A stretch of 64,000 nucleotides of DNA from Perkinsus chesapeaki ATCC PRA-425 (taxonomy: Eukaryota; Protista; Perkinsozoa): positions 1 through 64,000 of the forward strand of contig JAAPAO010000136.1 of NCBI GenBank assembly GCA_013115145.1, written 5' to 3'. The position numbers and the translations under genes are program-made. Positions 26,815-38,284 of this stretch are shown in pieces (position 1 is the first letter of the stretch; every line of letters begins with the position of its first letter). The notes under the pieces were generated by a model, which saw only the letters and a list, made by a program, of their open reading frames with translations, was not told the origin of the DNA and searched no databases.

Positions 26815-27069
26815 GGATTAAAAGGTAACAACAACAACTACCAAAAGGAATGTGAATCTCTACATGCCTCGGAGTAACGCTTTGACTACCTCAGGAATCC
26901 TTAGTATTTCAAAACACAGGTAGAGCAAATGAAAGTGGACCGACGCAGCACCGTCTACGTTTCTAAATGGCTTGGGTTTAGCGCTGCTAGTGTTGGAAGT
27001 AACACTGCCGGTCATCTCTTTGCTATAATTGATCAGCCCGGATATGTCGCCATACTTACTGTAGATGCT

Positions 27070-27435
27070 CTAAAGATACGAAAGAAGTGCTATTTCATAG
27101 AAAATGTTAAGATCATTCGTTATTCCGATTACCATGATCGGTATCCAAACGGACGTATTGCTCAATACGTGCAGCCTGCACGGTGCAGGCAAAGGCGAAT
27201 TAAGGTACGCGATCGGCATATGGATGGTGCGATGAGCGGTTCCCTGATACACTATATTCAATAGAAGTGCCCTATTTCGCCTATCCGCTGAGAACCGAAC
27301 CATTCGGTTACCATTCAAACGTGAATTGCGATATACAATCGAATCGGTAGCGTTGACGAGACTGTCCTTAAAGTGAATAGGAGGACCCGTCAAAAAATAG
27401 CTCGACGACGAGAGGATGGCGAAAACGCAAAGCAC
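27070..27435 (-). CDS. Possible small or degenerate family member (hypothetical)
   Basis: Hydrophobic N-terminus; PAPCRLHVLS...IFYEIALLS followed by a phase-2 GT donor resembles the family short exon; no clean start or downstream exon found. Confidence 0.25.
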   Translation of the reverse strand: MLCVFAILSSSSYFLTGPPIHFKDSLVNATDSIVYRNSRLNGNRMVRFSADRRNRALLLNIVYQGTAHRTIHMPIAYLNSPLPAPCRLHVLSNTSVWIPIMVIGITNDLNIFYEIALLSYL

Positions 27436-27599
27436 AGAGGCAGTTATAACATCATTATTAATACATCACATATCACAATCATGGAAAACACACGCTTTTA
27501 AACATATTGTTAATACTTGATAGACATGAAAAAGATGAGATTAATTCATCATGCACATATAAATAAGCAACAGTGCCCTCGCCACCGAGCAGCAGCAGC

Positions 27600-30133
27600 T
27601 CAATCCTTCTGCAGGTACTTCATCAGATCTTCGAATGCCATCGCGAGTGGTTTATCCTTTCCCGATGCTATCTCGAATGTCGCCTCTCCGATGCTGTACA
27701 TTTCCTTCTCATCGGTTATCTTCGACCAGAGGGGCTTGGTCCTCATCACTTCACTGTTACAGCGATCATACACATACTTGCCCAGATTATAGGTTATCTG
27801 CCCGTTCTTGTCCTCTTTACTGCGCTGAACAATATGGCAGAAACCACTGAGATAACCGATGAATGCAGCCTTGGCGATTCCCGCCGACGATGCAGGTAAG
27901 TCTCCCGCGGGACCTTCTTTGAAGCTTTCCAGCTCGCCAATCGCGTTCCACATGCCTCCCCACTCCTCTGGCCTGATGAGAAGATGACTAACCACTATTA
28001 CGACTGGAAATAATAGTGAACACTTAATTTCGTCGACTATCCCTTCGCAAATACAAATCCGGGCAAACAGGTTTCGCGGAAGGATCCAGGGGGGCATGTT
28101 TCTTCATGTGAGAGGGTTATGGTCAATAACTTACTCGTTAGGGAGGCGAATGGTACGGGGAGTGAAGTCCCTTTTCAACTCGAGGGAATACTCTGTACCG
28201 GCTAAGTTGAAGTACCAGGTATCATCCTAAAAACATTTTAGAAATAATGAAACCTACAATGTGTTAAACTAACCTGGTCTCGAGGAAGTATTGCTATCTG
28301 TGGTCGATTACTACCAGCCAGAATATCGGCAGCAGCTTGGAGGAGAATGTCCCCAGCGAGTGACGATGGTAGATGGAAGGTTGATGGAGTGGCGAAAGAT
28401 TCCCAGTGTTCAGCGTCAAGCCTCAGCTGCTCCGCGATTTCGTCCTCGAAGGCTGCTGTATCGAGGTGGTCCGAACTTATATGATTCCAAACATAAAGCA
28501 AAAGCTCCTCAATGTTCCTTGTACAGTTTTCTTTTGGGTTATCTTTCGATAGTAGTGCTTCCGGCATACCAAATTGAACCAGCACATCAGGTTTGATGAT
28601 AGCTTTACGGATACTGAAACAGAAGGACATTGCCCCCAAACATGCATTGTCAACAACAATAGCTTACTTCATATCTTTACCACCTTCCTTGAACTTATAG
28701 TAAATCTTAGCACCATCTTCGCTCATAGCCATTTCATACATAACATCAGTTTTGCCATTATGAGTGGTGAATGCTGTGAAGACTCGACATTGAGATATCT
28801 GAACAGGTGGATTCATGTATCCGATAAAGCACCAAGGTCGCACATCTGCCTGCAGCATGTTCTCATAATGCGATACATCCTTCCGAATGCTCATGGGGAA
28901 CTGAGGATGCCCCTCTTGAGAGGAGGAGGATGACCTTCGTGGAGGAGGAGGGGGCGGGCGGGAAGACCGTTCACCAGGAGACTGTGGAGAGGGAGATCTC
29001 GACCTCTCTTTAGAAGGAGACCTTTGCGGGGGAGGAGACCTCGGCGGAGGCGGGGGCGGTGGGGAGACCTGCCCACCTGATGGCTGTGGAGAGGGAGATC
29101 TCGACCTCTCTTTAGAAGGAGACCTTTGCGGGGGAGGAGACCTCGGCGGGGGCGGTGGAAAGTCCTTTGGGGATCGAGGAGTAGGAGGGGTCCTATCAGG
29201 CCTTGGCGCTGGTAGAGGAGGTCGACCAGATCTACCAGCACCTGGTGAAGGGGACCTCGGTGGCATGACCAGTGGTGATGGCACCGGCTCCGAGGAAGGC
29301 TGAAGGGGCCCATTAGCCTCCGGTTGGGGCTCTGGCTCAGCAATAACCGACTTTAGATCAAGTGTGTCCTGAGCAGCAGAAGCGACGGAGTAACTGTAAT
29401 GCTGACGAGAGTAGCATCTTACAGGGCGATTTGCCCTCTTCTTCGGGAGTGATGCTCGACTCTTCTTTTCAGGCAGCGGCGGTTTTGCCTACGAACAACC
29501 AACTATTGTGAGGTGATAAACCGATATAGAAGACATTGCCAGAACACTATGTAAATTACGCAACTAGGAATGGGCGAGGAGGATCGAGCAGCAGCCTCAC
29601 CACGTCCAGTGCGGGGTTGTTAAACACGGAGGGGGTCTTTTTCTTAATGGGGAGCTCTGGGGCCTCATCAATCTCCGCTTCAGGCTGCTGGGCTCCTTCA
29701 AATACCTTTCTTCGTGCTTCCAGTTTTCGACTAACCTCATCACTTGCACCGCCATCAACACGGAATCCCGCACGAGTCTGAAAGACACTCGAATGTAGCC
29801 TAGCCATCATTAGTGCTGATTCTGCTGCTGCCCACCGGAGCGGCCGGCGGCGACCCTCCTTCCCCTGCCGTCGTTCGGGCTAGCCTGAACCCTCTTGGCT
29901 GAAAGCAAGCGAGAAATCATATGGGATCGAGAATCAAGAGAGTGAATCGAGAAGGCAAAACTCACTAATGAAGGCTTCGGCGGAGGAACAGGTGATCCCT
30001 GAAAATATAAGACTAGAAGCTGGTTGTGGCACCATTCCCTTACACTCCTCCCCTTGGTGGAACTCGAACTATGAAGAGCTAGAACATAGCCACCAGACAG
30101 CGCGAAGGCTGCTGCTACCTTAAGAGGATACAT
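27600..30133 (-). CDS. Uncharacterised secreted protein 'C': Pro/Ser/Arg-rich N-terminal region plus 2 family modules
   Basis: Signal-like MYPLKVAAAFALSGGYVLA; exon ending at 28668 (QCRVFTAF...YEM...) in phase 2; exon 28135-28226 DDTWYFNLAGTEYSLELKRDFTPRTIRLPNE (phase 0 to 2); helical motifs NCTRNIEELLLYVW and IAKAAFIGYL. Confidence 0.6.
28982..29185 (-). repeat. Coding 102-bp (34-aa) Pro/Ser/Arg-rich duplication in gene C
   Basis: ctgtggagagggagatctcgacctctctttag recurs at 28982 and 29084; peptide PPPPPRSPPPQRSPSKERSRSPSPQ x2. Confidence 0.85.
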
Positions 30134-30382
30134 AGTGCGTTGAAAGATACGAAAAGGGATAATATCACCCCAGCCGTTTCCAAGGTTAACAAACACGGAA
30201 CCAGAACGTTTACACAACAACAGCAACAACATTTTCCCACATCACCACGTCTCCATGGGAACAACGTAACATTGAAATATAAAGATATTATTAAGGATTG
30301 ATTATCTGCGATTTTTTGGGGGGTAACGGAGGAGGAACAACATCGTTCAGCAGGACGCTTTGTGATACTCTTTCTACCTGAG

Positions 30383-31762
30383 TTAAGCTCGATTTCGCGC
30401 TATAATGTGCCCTACATGTGCTTTAATAAAGGATCCCATTTCGGTGAGCGTTTTTGCCGCTTGAGAACCTTTCTCAATAGTAAAGTACCCCCGAGCCCCT
30501 TTGATATCATCCTCTCTATAAACACCTACATCTTTGCCTTGACTTTGAAGGAACCCCACCAAGTATTCGACAAATGTTTGCTTGCAAAATGTATCAACCA
30601 GATGATGAAGAGGCGCGTCCTCACTGGGGTCGGCAATACCGGATGCGGGTTTCTGAGGATAGTACCCACGTAGAAGTTGGGTAGATGTTTGCACATCGGA
30701 GGAATATTGGCTCCTACGACATGATGGTTAACAGGACGGTGTTACTTCCCTACCACATATTTGACTCTATCGATTGTATGGTAAAATCATAACCAAGATT
30801 AAGTGTTAGCGGTTTCTGGAGGCTTGTCTGAGGTAAACTGAAGGAACACTTCGGATACTAAGAATGACCTTGTTGAAGACCTTCTCCATATAGCCGATCA
30901 TGATAGATGCTGTTAAAGATGTTCCAGTGACACTGTATGATTGTATACGGTCCGATGTCTGTACTTGAGTCCACACATGTTTGTACTCTTTATCAAGCTG
31001 TGCATGCACCCTTGGTGTTAGCCTCTCTTGAACATTGCCAATATGGGGTTCACTATAGATCATATAATTGGTCCACGCTTCACCTTTAAGCGCGTTAAGA
31101 AGCTCCCTGTGACAGTCATCTGCTAGAGTCTGATCCCTCAATAGGATGCCTTTCTTTGATTCTCCCCTATTAGTCGTAATATAAGCCTTCACATCGTCAT
31201 TCCCAGTTGTTGGATTCACTTTAACCGACATTTCATAGACCTGGTCCAAGTCTCCCCGATAATTGTACAGACGACACTTCGGACCCTGAAACGACCCGAT
31301 AAAGTGTGGTGGCAGTGTAGCTTCGAACCCCTTTGTCGCCCTGGTATCTTAGCTTACCGCATGCATAAAGGATAGATCTTTGATTCTACCCTAGGATGAT
31401 AACTATCATCTGTGAAGTACAAATTAATCAATTTTAATCATTTCATCCGAACCACTAAGATTCAAATCCATTCTGAACATGCTCTGGCGTCGTATAATAT
31501 AACTCTTCCTGCTGATGCCCCACACTTACTATCGATAAGAGATTTCGTGGAGGGATGGCCGCAGATGGAGGCACTACACGATCCAGATCTTCAGCGGTTA
31601 TTGGCGCTCGTTTCTGTGGTAATGGCACGTATCTTGCGTCATCCTGTTAAAGATATTTTCAAGCTCAGCTTTGAAGCATTTACTCACCTCGCCGGGGGAA
31701 GCTGATAGGGATGCTGAAAGCAAGCCTAATGCTAGAAGAAGAGCAGCAGTGATCTGTATCAT
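30383..31762 (-). CDS. Uncharacterised secreted protein 'D', 2 family modules
   Basis: Signal peptide MIQITAALLLALGLLSASLSA from ATG 31762; KCRLYNYRGDLDQVYEM...DCHRELLNAL; exon 30757-30857 YPKCSFSLPQTSLQKPLTLNLGYDFTIQSIESN (phase 0 to 2); FCKQTFVEYLVGF. Splicing of exons 2-3 unresolved. Confidence 0.6.
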
Positions 31763-32339
31763 TATTAAAGGAATTCAACCTCTCAATTAACATTAAAGTA
31801 AGCCCATGGCTGCATGAGTATATATTTTACTTTTAAAACCCGAGGATAGCAAATCCGCACAGGTTCTATTCCCACTGGGGGCATTTGGATCCGTACGTGT
31901 TAGCAACTGTCACGGAAGAACATAATGTTCCCTCATGGAAGTCAATTATCGCTCGAAGATGATCGATTGTTGGTGACGAGCGAAAAGGTTTTATCACGGA
32001 AATTGAGCCAATTAACCTTCAACGGGTGCTTCGTGAGAATCCAAGCTCAAAGTTCGTAGCTAGGTTTGTGCATGCGTGCATCCTAGTCTTCTCATTGAAA
32101 TCCTCGATGAAGGTATTTTTACAGGGCAGAATGAAGGGGTATTCCTACAACTCTGTTTGATGAGTAACCTGACAAAGGTCGAACGTTGCCTGAGCCTTGA
32201 AAAGAAGTATTTTCCCATTCGACCTTTGAGGAGGTTTAAAGTCCACTAAAGATTCTGCTATATGGTAGTTGTTGCTATAATGGGGCAAATAGCTACCGTC
32301 CTGGATGATCTATCAGACAACTTACATCATTGGCAAGGC

Positions 32340-34691
32340 TCACAGCGGGCAACCACACTACACAGAATCTTCAAAAGATTCTCGTCTGGGGATCTGTGGG
32401 CGGCCTATAGAAGGTATTCGTTGTTGTTACCTTCATGGCTTTATAGATTACTAGATATCGTCATATTGGTATCAAAACCCATGAGCTTGATCGAGACCAG
32501 ACTAGGACCATATTGGGGCCATCGGTGGGAGCTGGTAAGATAACTCAACCTTGAAAGATACTTTCTGGCATGCACCTAAGATACTAGCTCATAACCACGC
32601 TCGACACTGTCGTTTTCCTACTATATCGCTTCCCTCAGGCCCCTTCCTATTCATATGGGACGTTCTGTCAATAGCCGATAATCATATTAACCTAATAGAG
32701 CTCTTGTCAACGGCTTGCCTATTCTCCGGCTCGGAGCTACCGGAAAAGGTGCTACTTTCGTACCGTCGATACGGCAGAGAGGCCTTTCTAGGGGCGCTTC
32801 CTTCTAGCTGTATTCGATACTTCCGGAAGAGGCATGCTAACTGCTAAGTCCCTCTGTTTGATGGGAAGGATGGTGATAGAGGTAGTATCTTTGGGTTGCA
32901 TGAGAACTCGCTTCAAGCTAAGATATGCATCCTACCGGTTAGGTCCGTCTAGGTTGAGCAGTAGAGTCGATTACTGCATGAAAATTAGTACTAGTGAAAT
33001 GATATTCTTCTTACCCTATTATAACGCTTCAGTGATTCTGCATTGGCACATCCTTCAGGTCCTAGGAAAATGCGTACCTTTATGTCGCAGCAGTAAGGAA
33101 GTCTACGCTGCCCTAAGGAAGGACATAGCATCGCTTCTACCAGCGTAAGTCTGCCCTTGTACTCCCATCATCGCTTTTTCAGCTATAATGAGATTCTGGA
33201 GGCCTCGGATCAGGGCCAGGCGATTGGTATCTTCGAGACGGAAGAGTTTGTTGGTCAAATGGAGCTTTCATCACTCCTTGCCGAGATTGCTCCAGTGAGC
33301 TAGGTTATTGATTACACATTCTAATGAGCCATCAGGCTTACCATAAATTGCCTTTATCGGACACTAGTGCAACAGCGGGAAAGAGCGATGGGACGGATGT
33401 AATAATTAGTACCATATTTCCTCTGAATCTTAATGACGCTACGAAACTCATGTCATTTAGTGATTAAAGGGTAAGCCTTCCAATGGTGTTGGTGATTAGG
33501 TCTGAATTATCTGCTTTAATGTACTTACCTATCATTCTGCGTGCATTTTTAAGCTGTGGTTTCTAAGAATGTGTCGCACCGATTTTGCACGATTCTTTTA
33601 ATTACTCACTACTGAGCAGGAGTTTGGCTCTGAAACTTGGAGGATATATTTATTTTGACTAGGGAACATATCCTTGAGGTACTCGTTGATGAGTACACCT
33701 TAGTTGTTCTTAAACCCTTGAAAAACACGAACTGATTAGGATTTGACCAGGCGCAGTGTATGTACTGGTTTCCCATTATGGATCGCTCCCGTCCCTTTTC
33801 ACCTTGGCAGGTAGTGACTATGTTCCAGCGTATGCGGCTTAGGAAGTCCTTGGTGGATGCAGCTAATGCGGAGGGAGCAAGGAAGGCGAGCTCTGGTAAG
33901 GTAATGAGGGTGTTGAGGGTATTAAAGAATGAATGTCAGGGCAACCTGTGAGAAAGGAAGGCATGCCACACGAGGTAGGAGAGATGACGCGACCGGGGAT
34001 CGAACTTGGGTGTTTTCAGGACCCTAATACTTCGCCTTACCGTGAGGCTTCCAGCGATGATGATTGTGTATATAGTAGAGTGGACACTCCGGTGGTAATG
34101 GAAAGATCATATAGCAACGAGGATAACGGGGAACCCATGAGCCGAGGAGAGCACAGTCGAACCGACAGCCTGTGCGATGTTCCTCTAGCATCCTCTGTGG
34201 GACAGGTGGTAGAGGAAGAGGTGGTGACACGGGGGGAAGGTAGTGGGGGAGTGGTGAAGGGTGAGGCTATGCTGTGTCATCAAGAGAGTCAAACGGATAT
34301 TACGGGACAGCTAATAGAGGAATTACTCAGTATGAGGGACAAACAACAGGAAGGAATCTTGAGCTCGAACCGTGCATCTCACATCGACCAAAGAGTCCTT
34401 AGCGATACAGAAGAGAATGCAGATGATTCTGATGGATTTGTGGACGGTTCGAGCGACCGTAGTGAAGGATCGGCCAGGCGAGAGGTCGAGCGAGATGTTG
34501 CTTCCACGGTGGCCCGAGGCGCGGCTCTGGCGGCTGTTCGCTCCCTCCGACTTTCCAATGGCGATGCAAGAGAATCTCAACAGGAGACTGGAGCTCTGGC
34601 GAGAAGCGTTGTTGTTAGTGTCATTCAGTCGGCAATGGCGGAATGGTGTATGGGAAGTGATCGTTCTGGCGGAGAGAGCGGTATGAATTGA
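32340..34691 (+). CDS. EF-hand (calcineurin-B/NCS-like) protein with long acidic C-terminal exon, multi-exon; start unresolved
   Basis: Spliced exons give FIWDVLSIADNHINLIELLSTACLFSGSELPEK-GRFLLAVFDTSGRGMLTAK (EF-hand pair pattern); further exons 33058-33294; last ORF 33933-34691. Confidence 0.45.
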
Positions 34692-35220
34692 AATTGATCT
34701 TAGGTAACTGAGCCTTTGTCAGTTGCCACTTGCAGTGTAATGGAAGATAAGGAGGAGGAGGACGAGCCACAGTACTCGCTGTTGTCTCAATTGATATGTT
34801 ATAAGGCATTAGTATCGGCGATACTCAACACTACTCAGGTTATAATGGACTTATACCGCTCCTTCCTCTGATCATGCATTTCAGACCTCACCAAATCACC
34901 CAGCAGCATCGCTCAAAGATCAGCCCGTTGATGATCGGGGGATTGCTCGCATGTATGTCACTAGGCTTTCCTGCTCTGTGGTGGAGTAATACCACACTTC
35001 CGTCTAATCGTCGTTCAAACATGCCCATGGGTGTACTCTTATTAAGGCCTTCAGCCGTCACCCATTAAGAGCCTTTGTTTTCAGTATGTCAATCCAGCCC
35101 ACCTTTTACAGTTTCTTCTGTTTGTTTATTTTGTCCCCCTTTTTTGAAGTACCATGCCCGGCCTTCTAAGGCTGGATCGAAACCATCCGGAGTCCACCTT
35201 GCAGTATCTTTCGGTGACTG

Positions 35221-35490
35221 ACAAAAAGATATTTTTCGAGGTAGGCTTGAAACCTCTCCGAATTAACAAAAATATATTTTTCGAGGTAGGCTTGAAACTT
35301 CTCCGAATTAACAAAAAGATATTTTTCGAGGTAGGCTTGAAACCTCTCCGAATTAACAAAAATATATTTTTCGAGGTAGGCTTGAAACTTCTCCGAATTA
35401 ACAAAAAGATATTTTTCGAGGTAGGCTTGAAACCTCTCCGAATTAACAAAAAGATATTTTTCGAGATAGGCTTGAAACCTCTCCGAATTA
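35221..35490. repeat. Tandem array of six 45-bp units with alternating variants (A-B-A-B-A-A')
   Basis: acaaaaagatatttttcgaggtaggcttgaaacctctccgaatta at 35221, 35311, 35401; variant B at 35266, 35356; A' at 35446. Confidence 0.95.
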
Positions 35491-35778
35491 TGTTGAGATC
35501 TTCTCGAAACGAATTATGCCAAAATTGTTAACAAAATGAAGTCGAAATTTGAGCTGTAAAATATTGACGGATGTTCCCACCTGGCAAGCGTTAACTCCTC
35601 GAGAGATACTTTGCAGCTTCAGTGGGCTATTATTAGGTTTATAGACTATATGTATATTATTACTACGTGTAGTTTTATCTAGAAAGCCTTACTGAAAGAG
35701 ATTGGGGGGGGGACCTAGTGGTGATTTGCTTATGTGAGCGAACTAGAGGTTGAAGGATATCTCAATACTACTTCAGAG

Positions 35779-36110
35779 CATCGATGTTAATGGTATACAT
35801 GCCAGCTGTGAAAGGATAAAGAAGCAGGCTGATGAGACGACACGGTCTAATGTATCCGAGGCAATTAAACAACGGTATTTAATTGAAGATACTCGGCAAC
35901 TGCGAGGGTAGATGTTTGAATGCTTGCAGGTTGGTGGTATTATTGAGCCTTAGTTACGTTCGTAGAGAGCTTCGTCGGATAGGAAACTGCCTTCTGGCGG
36001 CGGGGCAGAAAGGCGTCAGAGGTTTGTTGGAGCGGAATAAGAGGAAAGCTGATGATGATGGTGTTGGTGGTAGTGGTGGAGAATCGAACAAGGCACTGCG
36101 TACATTATGA
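35779..36110 (+). CDS. Hypothetical small spliced gene (3' exons only)
   Basis: Exons about 35779-35870 and 35955-36110 join in frame (SIDVNGIHASCERIKKQ...KQR-YVRRELRRIG...KALRTL*); no recognisable domain. Confidence 0.3.
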
Positions 36111-36134
36111 AGGAAGATCCATTGCTTTGAGTTC

Positions 36135-38284
36135 ATGGGGACTTCATTCGGGTTCACCAGTTTAATGTATCTGACCGCTCGCCGTGATCGGGATAGTAGG
36201 AGCAGGAGCCCTCGGGGCCCTCGAGGCGTGGTTTTTCAAGGGAAATGTGACAACTGTGGTGGATTCGGGCACAAGCGAGCAGAGTGGTACTAGAAGGGGG
36301 ACGCCTGGGGGGGGGGGGTGGGTGTAGCTGCTGCTCATCAGTCCAACGCCAACGAGTTTATGGGTTCCGGAAGGGAAGGGCGGTGATGATGGAGGGAGGT
36401 TTGGTGGAAGACGGTCTGGGCGGCCGAGGAGCTTTTCGCCGTATAGAGGTCAGCATCGTTACGATAGGGGAGGAGGCCATAGTGGAAGGATGGAAATGAA
36501 TGATAGGTGATAATAATACCGGATGTGGGGCTAGAACCTCTGCGGGAATGGTACAAGAGGGTTATTATGATAGTGTTGGGAGCGTAACCGTTCACGTGTG
36601 GAAGCTGCGGGATTGCGACTGGTTTAGATTTCCTATTGATGACTACAGAAGGCACCCGACTGTTTGCCGTAACTGTGGCCTGGCCGGTCACTCGGAGGGG
36701 CAGTGCGATAAAGAGCAGGTCTGCTATAACTGTCGAAGGGTACCGAGGGTTGGAGGGGAAGGAAAACTAAGCCATCTTTTAGAGTGGTCATCGGGTTAGT
36801 GATTGCCCTGTGAAAGAGAGGATTTGCCGTAGATGCAGAGAGCCTGGTCATGAGGTAACTGAGGAGGAGGGGTCCGAATGGTGGGAGGCAGCGGTGATTG
36901 GTCTAGGAGAAGGACTGCCGGAATCTCCCGAGGTGTTTGGTGTGTGGGAAAGAGGGTCATTGGGCATCTGAATGCTACATGAAGGATGTTATGTGCTTGA
37001 ATTGCCGTAAGATGGGCCATAAGGCAAGGGACTGCCCAAATGATATAGTCTGTATAAAGTAGAGATACTGAAGGGGGGCTTAGGTGGGTACAGTGGGCTG
37101 GTAGGTGCCATAAAGAGGGACACAAAGTTGCGGATTGCCCTATGATCAAGGGGGAAGACCGAGCCGTGGCTATGGAGGAGGAAGATTCTTTCGAGTGCGG
37201 TGATGGGATAGATTCTCGAGGGTCTAGCATCGTGGTGATGGATGATAGGTTGGCCGACAGAGGTTCGCAACACTACTGTCTAAACTGTAAGGCATATGGG
37301 CACTTCGCGAGGGAATGCCCCAATGAGCCAGTATGCAATGCGTAATATGGCAACCACCTATCCTGTAGTTGAGGGTAGCATTTAGGTGCGGTACAGAGGG
37401 CCATATTGCGGCCAACTGCCCGAGGCAGGGTGGCCGTGGTAGGAGGTCCCGGTCAAGAGAGAGGTGAGTCGGTCCATATGGCAAGGTGACCTGGTTAGGA
37501 TGTCCGGTGTAGATCCTTGGGAAGGTTTGATGATGATATGTGCTTGAATTGCAAACGGAAGGGTCACAAGACATGGGACTGTCCAAATGAGGTAGTCTGC
37601 AATAGGTAGGTTATAGAAGGGGGGAGTGTGGTGAAGGCTGGCGGGATAGGTGTGGACGAAGTGGACATAAAGCGTATGAGTGTAGAGAAGGGGATGACGA
37701 GGCGAAGAGGGCTGGGTCTCCACGAAGAGGGTAACGAGGAGATCGTTGGCGACGCTACATTACAGGTGTAGTAGGTCCCTCAAAGATTGCTATATCTGCG
37801 GTCACCTCGGCCATATCGCGGCGGAGTGTCCTAGGAATCATAGGTAGGGGGACACTTTGCTGGTAGTTGATGATGATGAGGTGATCTTAGAGCTTCTCGG
37901 ATTGAGGAGCCGGTGTATCTGGCCAGTCGCTTTGAGGGGGAGCTATGCTATAATTGTCATCAACGTGGTCATCTGGCAAGGGACTGTCGAAGAGCACCAA
38001 TTTGTCGAATGTACTGGACCACAACAGGAGTCTGTTGTGTGCTACTCTGTCTCCTCCTTTTAGTTGCCATCGAGATGGTCACATAGCAGCCGAGTGTCCG
38101 AATATGAGAGGATCGACGGTCGAGCAATCGCTATGTCTGAATTGTCGGCAGAGCGGTCATCTCGCCAGAGACTGTCCTAACCCTCCAGTCTGCAATCGGT
38201 AGGCGATCTGGTCTTGTATCGCTCGTGATGCTCCTTAGGTGTAACAAAGTCGGACATAAGGCGGCGGCGTGCGAAGCATTCTGA
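36135..38284 (+). CDS. Poly-CCHC zinc-knuckle protein (16 knuckles) with RS/RG-rich linkers, CNBP/GIS2-like, multi-exon
   Basis: Manual splicing yields 16 C-x2-C-x4-H-x4-C motifs, from CDNCGGFGHKRAEC to CNRCNKVGHKAAAC, stop at 38282-38284; start approximate. Confidence 0.8.

Noticed and set aside
31860-32270. Minus-strand frame containing PCKNTFIEDF and DHLRAII, resembling family motifs or a retroelement protease tail
   Set aside because: Two internal stops, no consistent splice model and only short matches; cannot be distinguished from chance without a profile search.
32551-33148. TBC/Rab-GAP assignment for the 32.3-34.7 kb gene
   Set aside because: After splicing, the FIWD segment is followed by VFDTSGRGMLT, which fits an EF-hand pair better; catalytic TBC motifs were not found.
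35221-35490. 45-bp hairpin-containing array as a CRISPR array
   Set aside because: No spacers; strictly head-to-tail with an alternating dimer.
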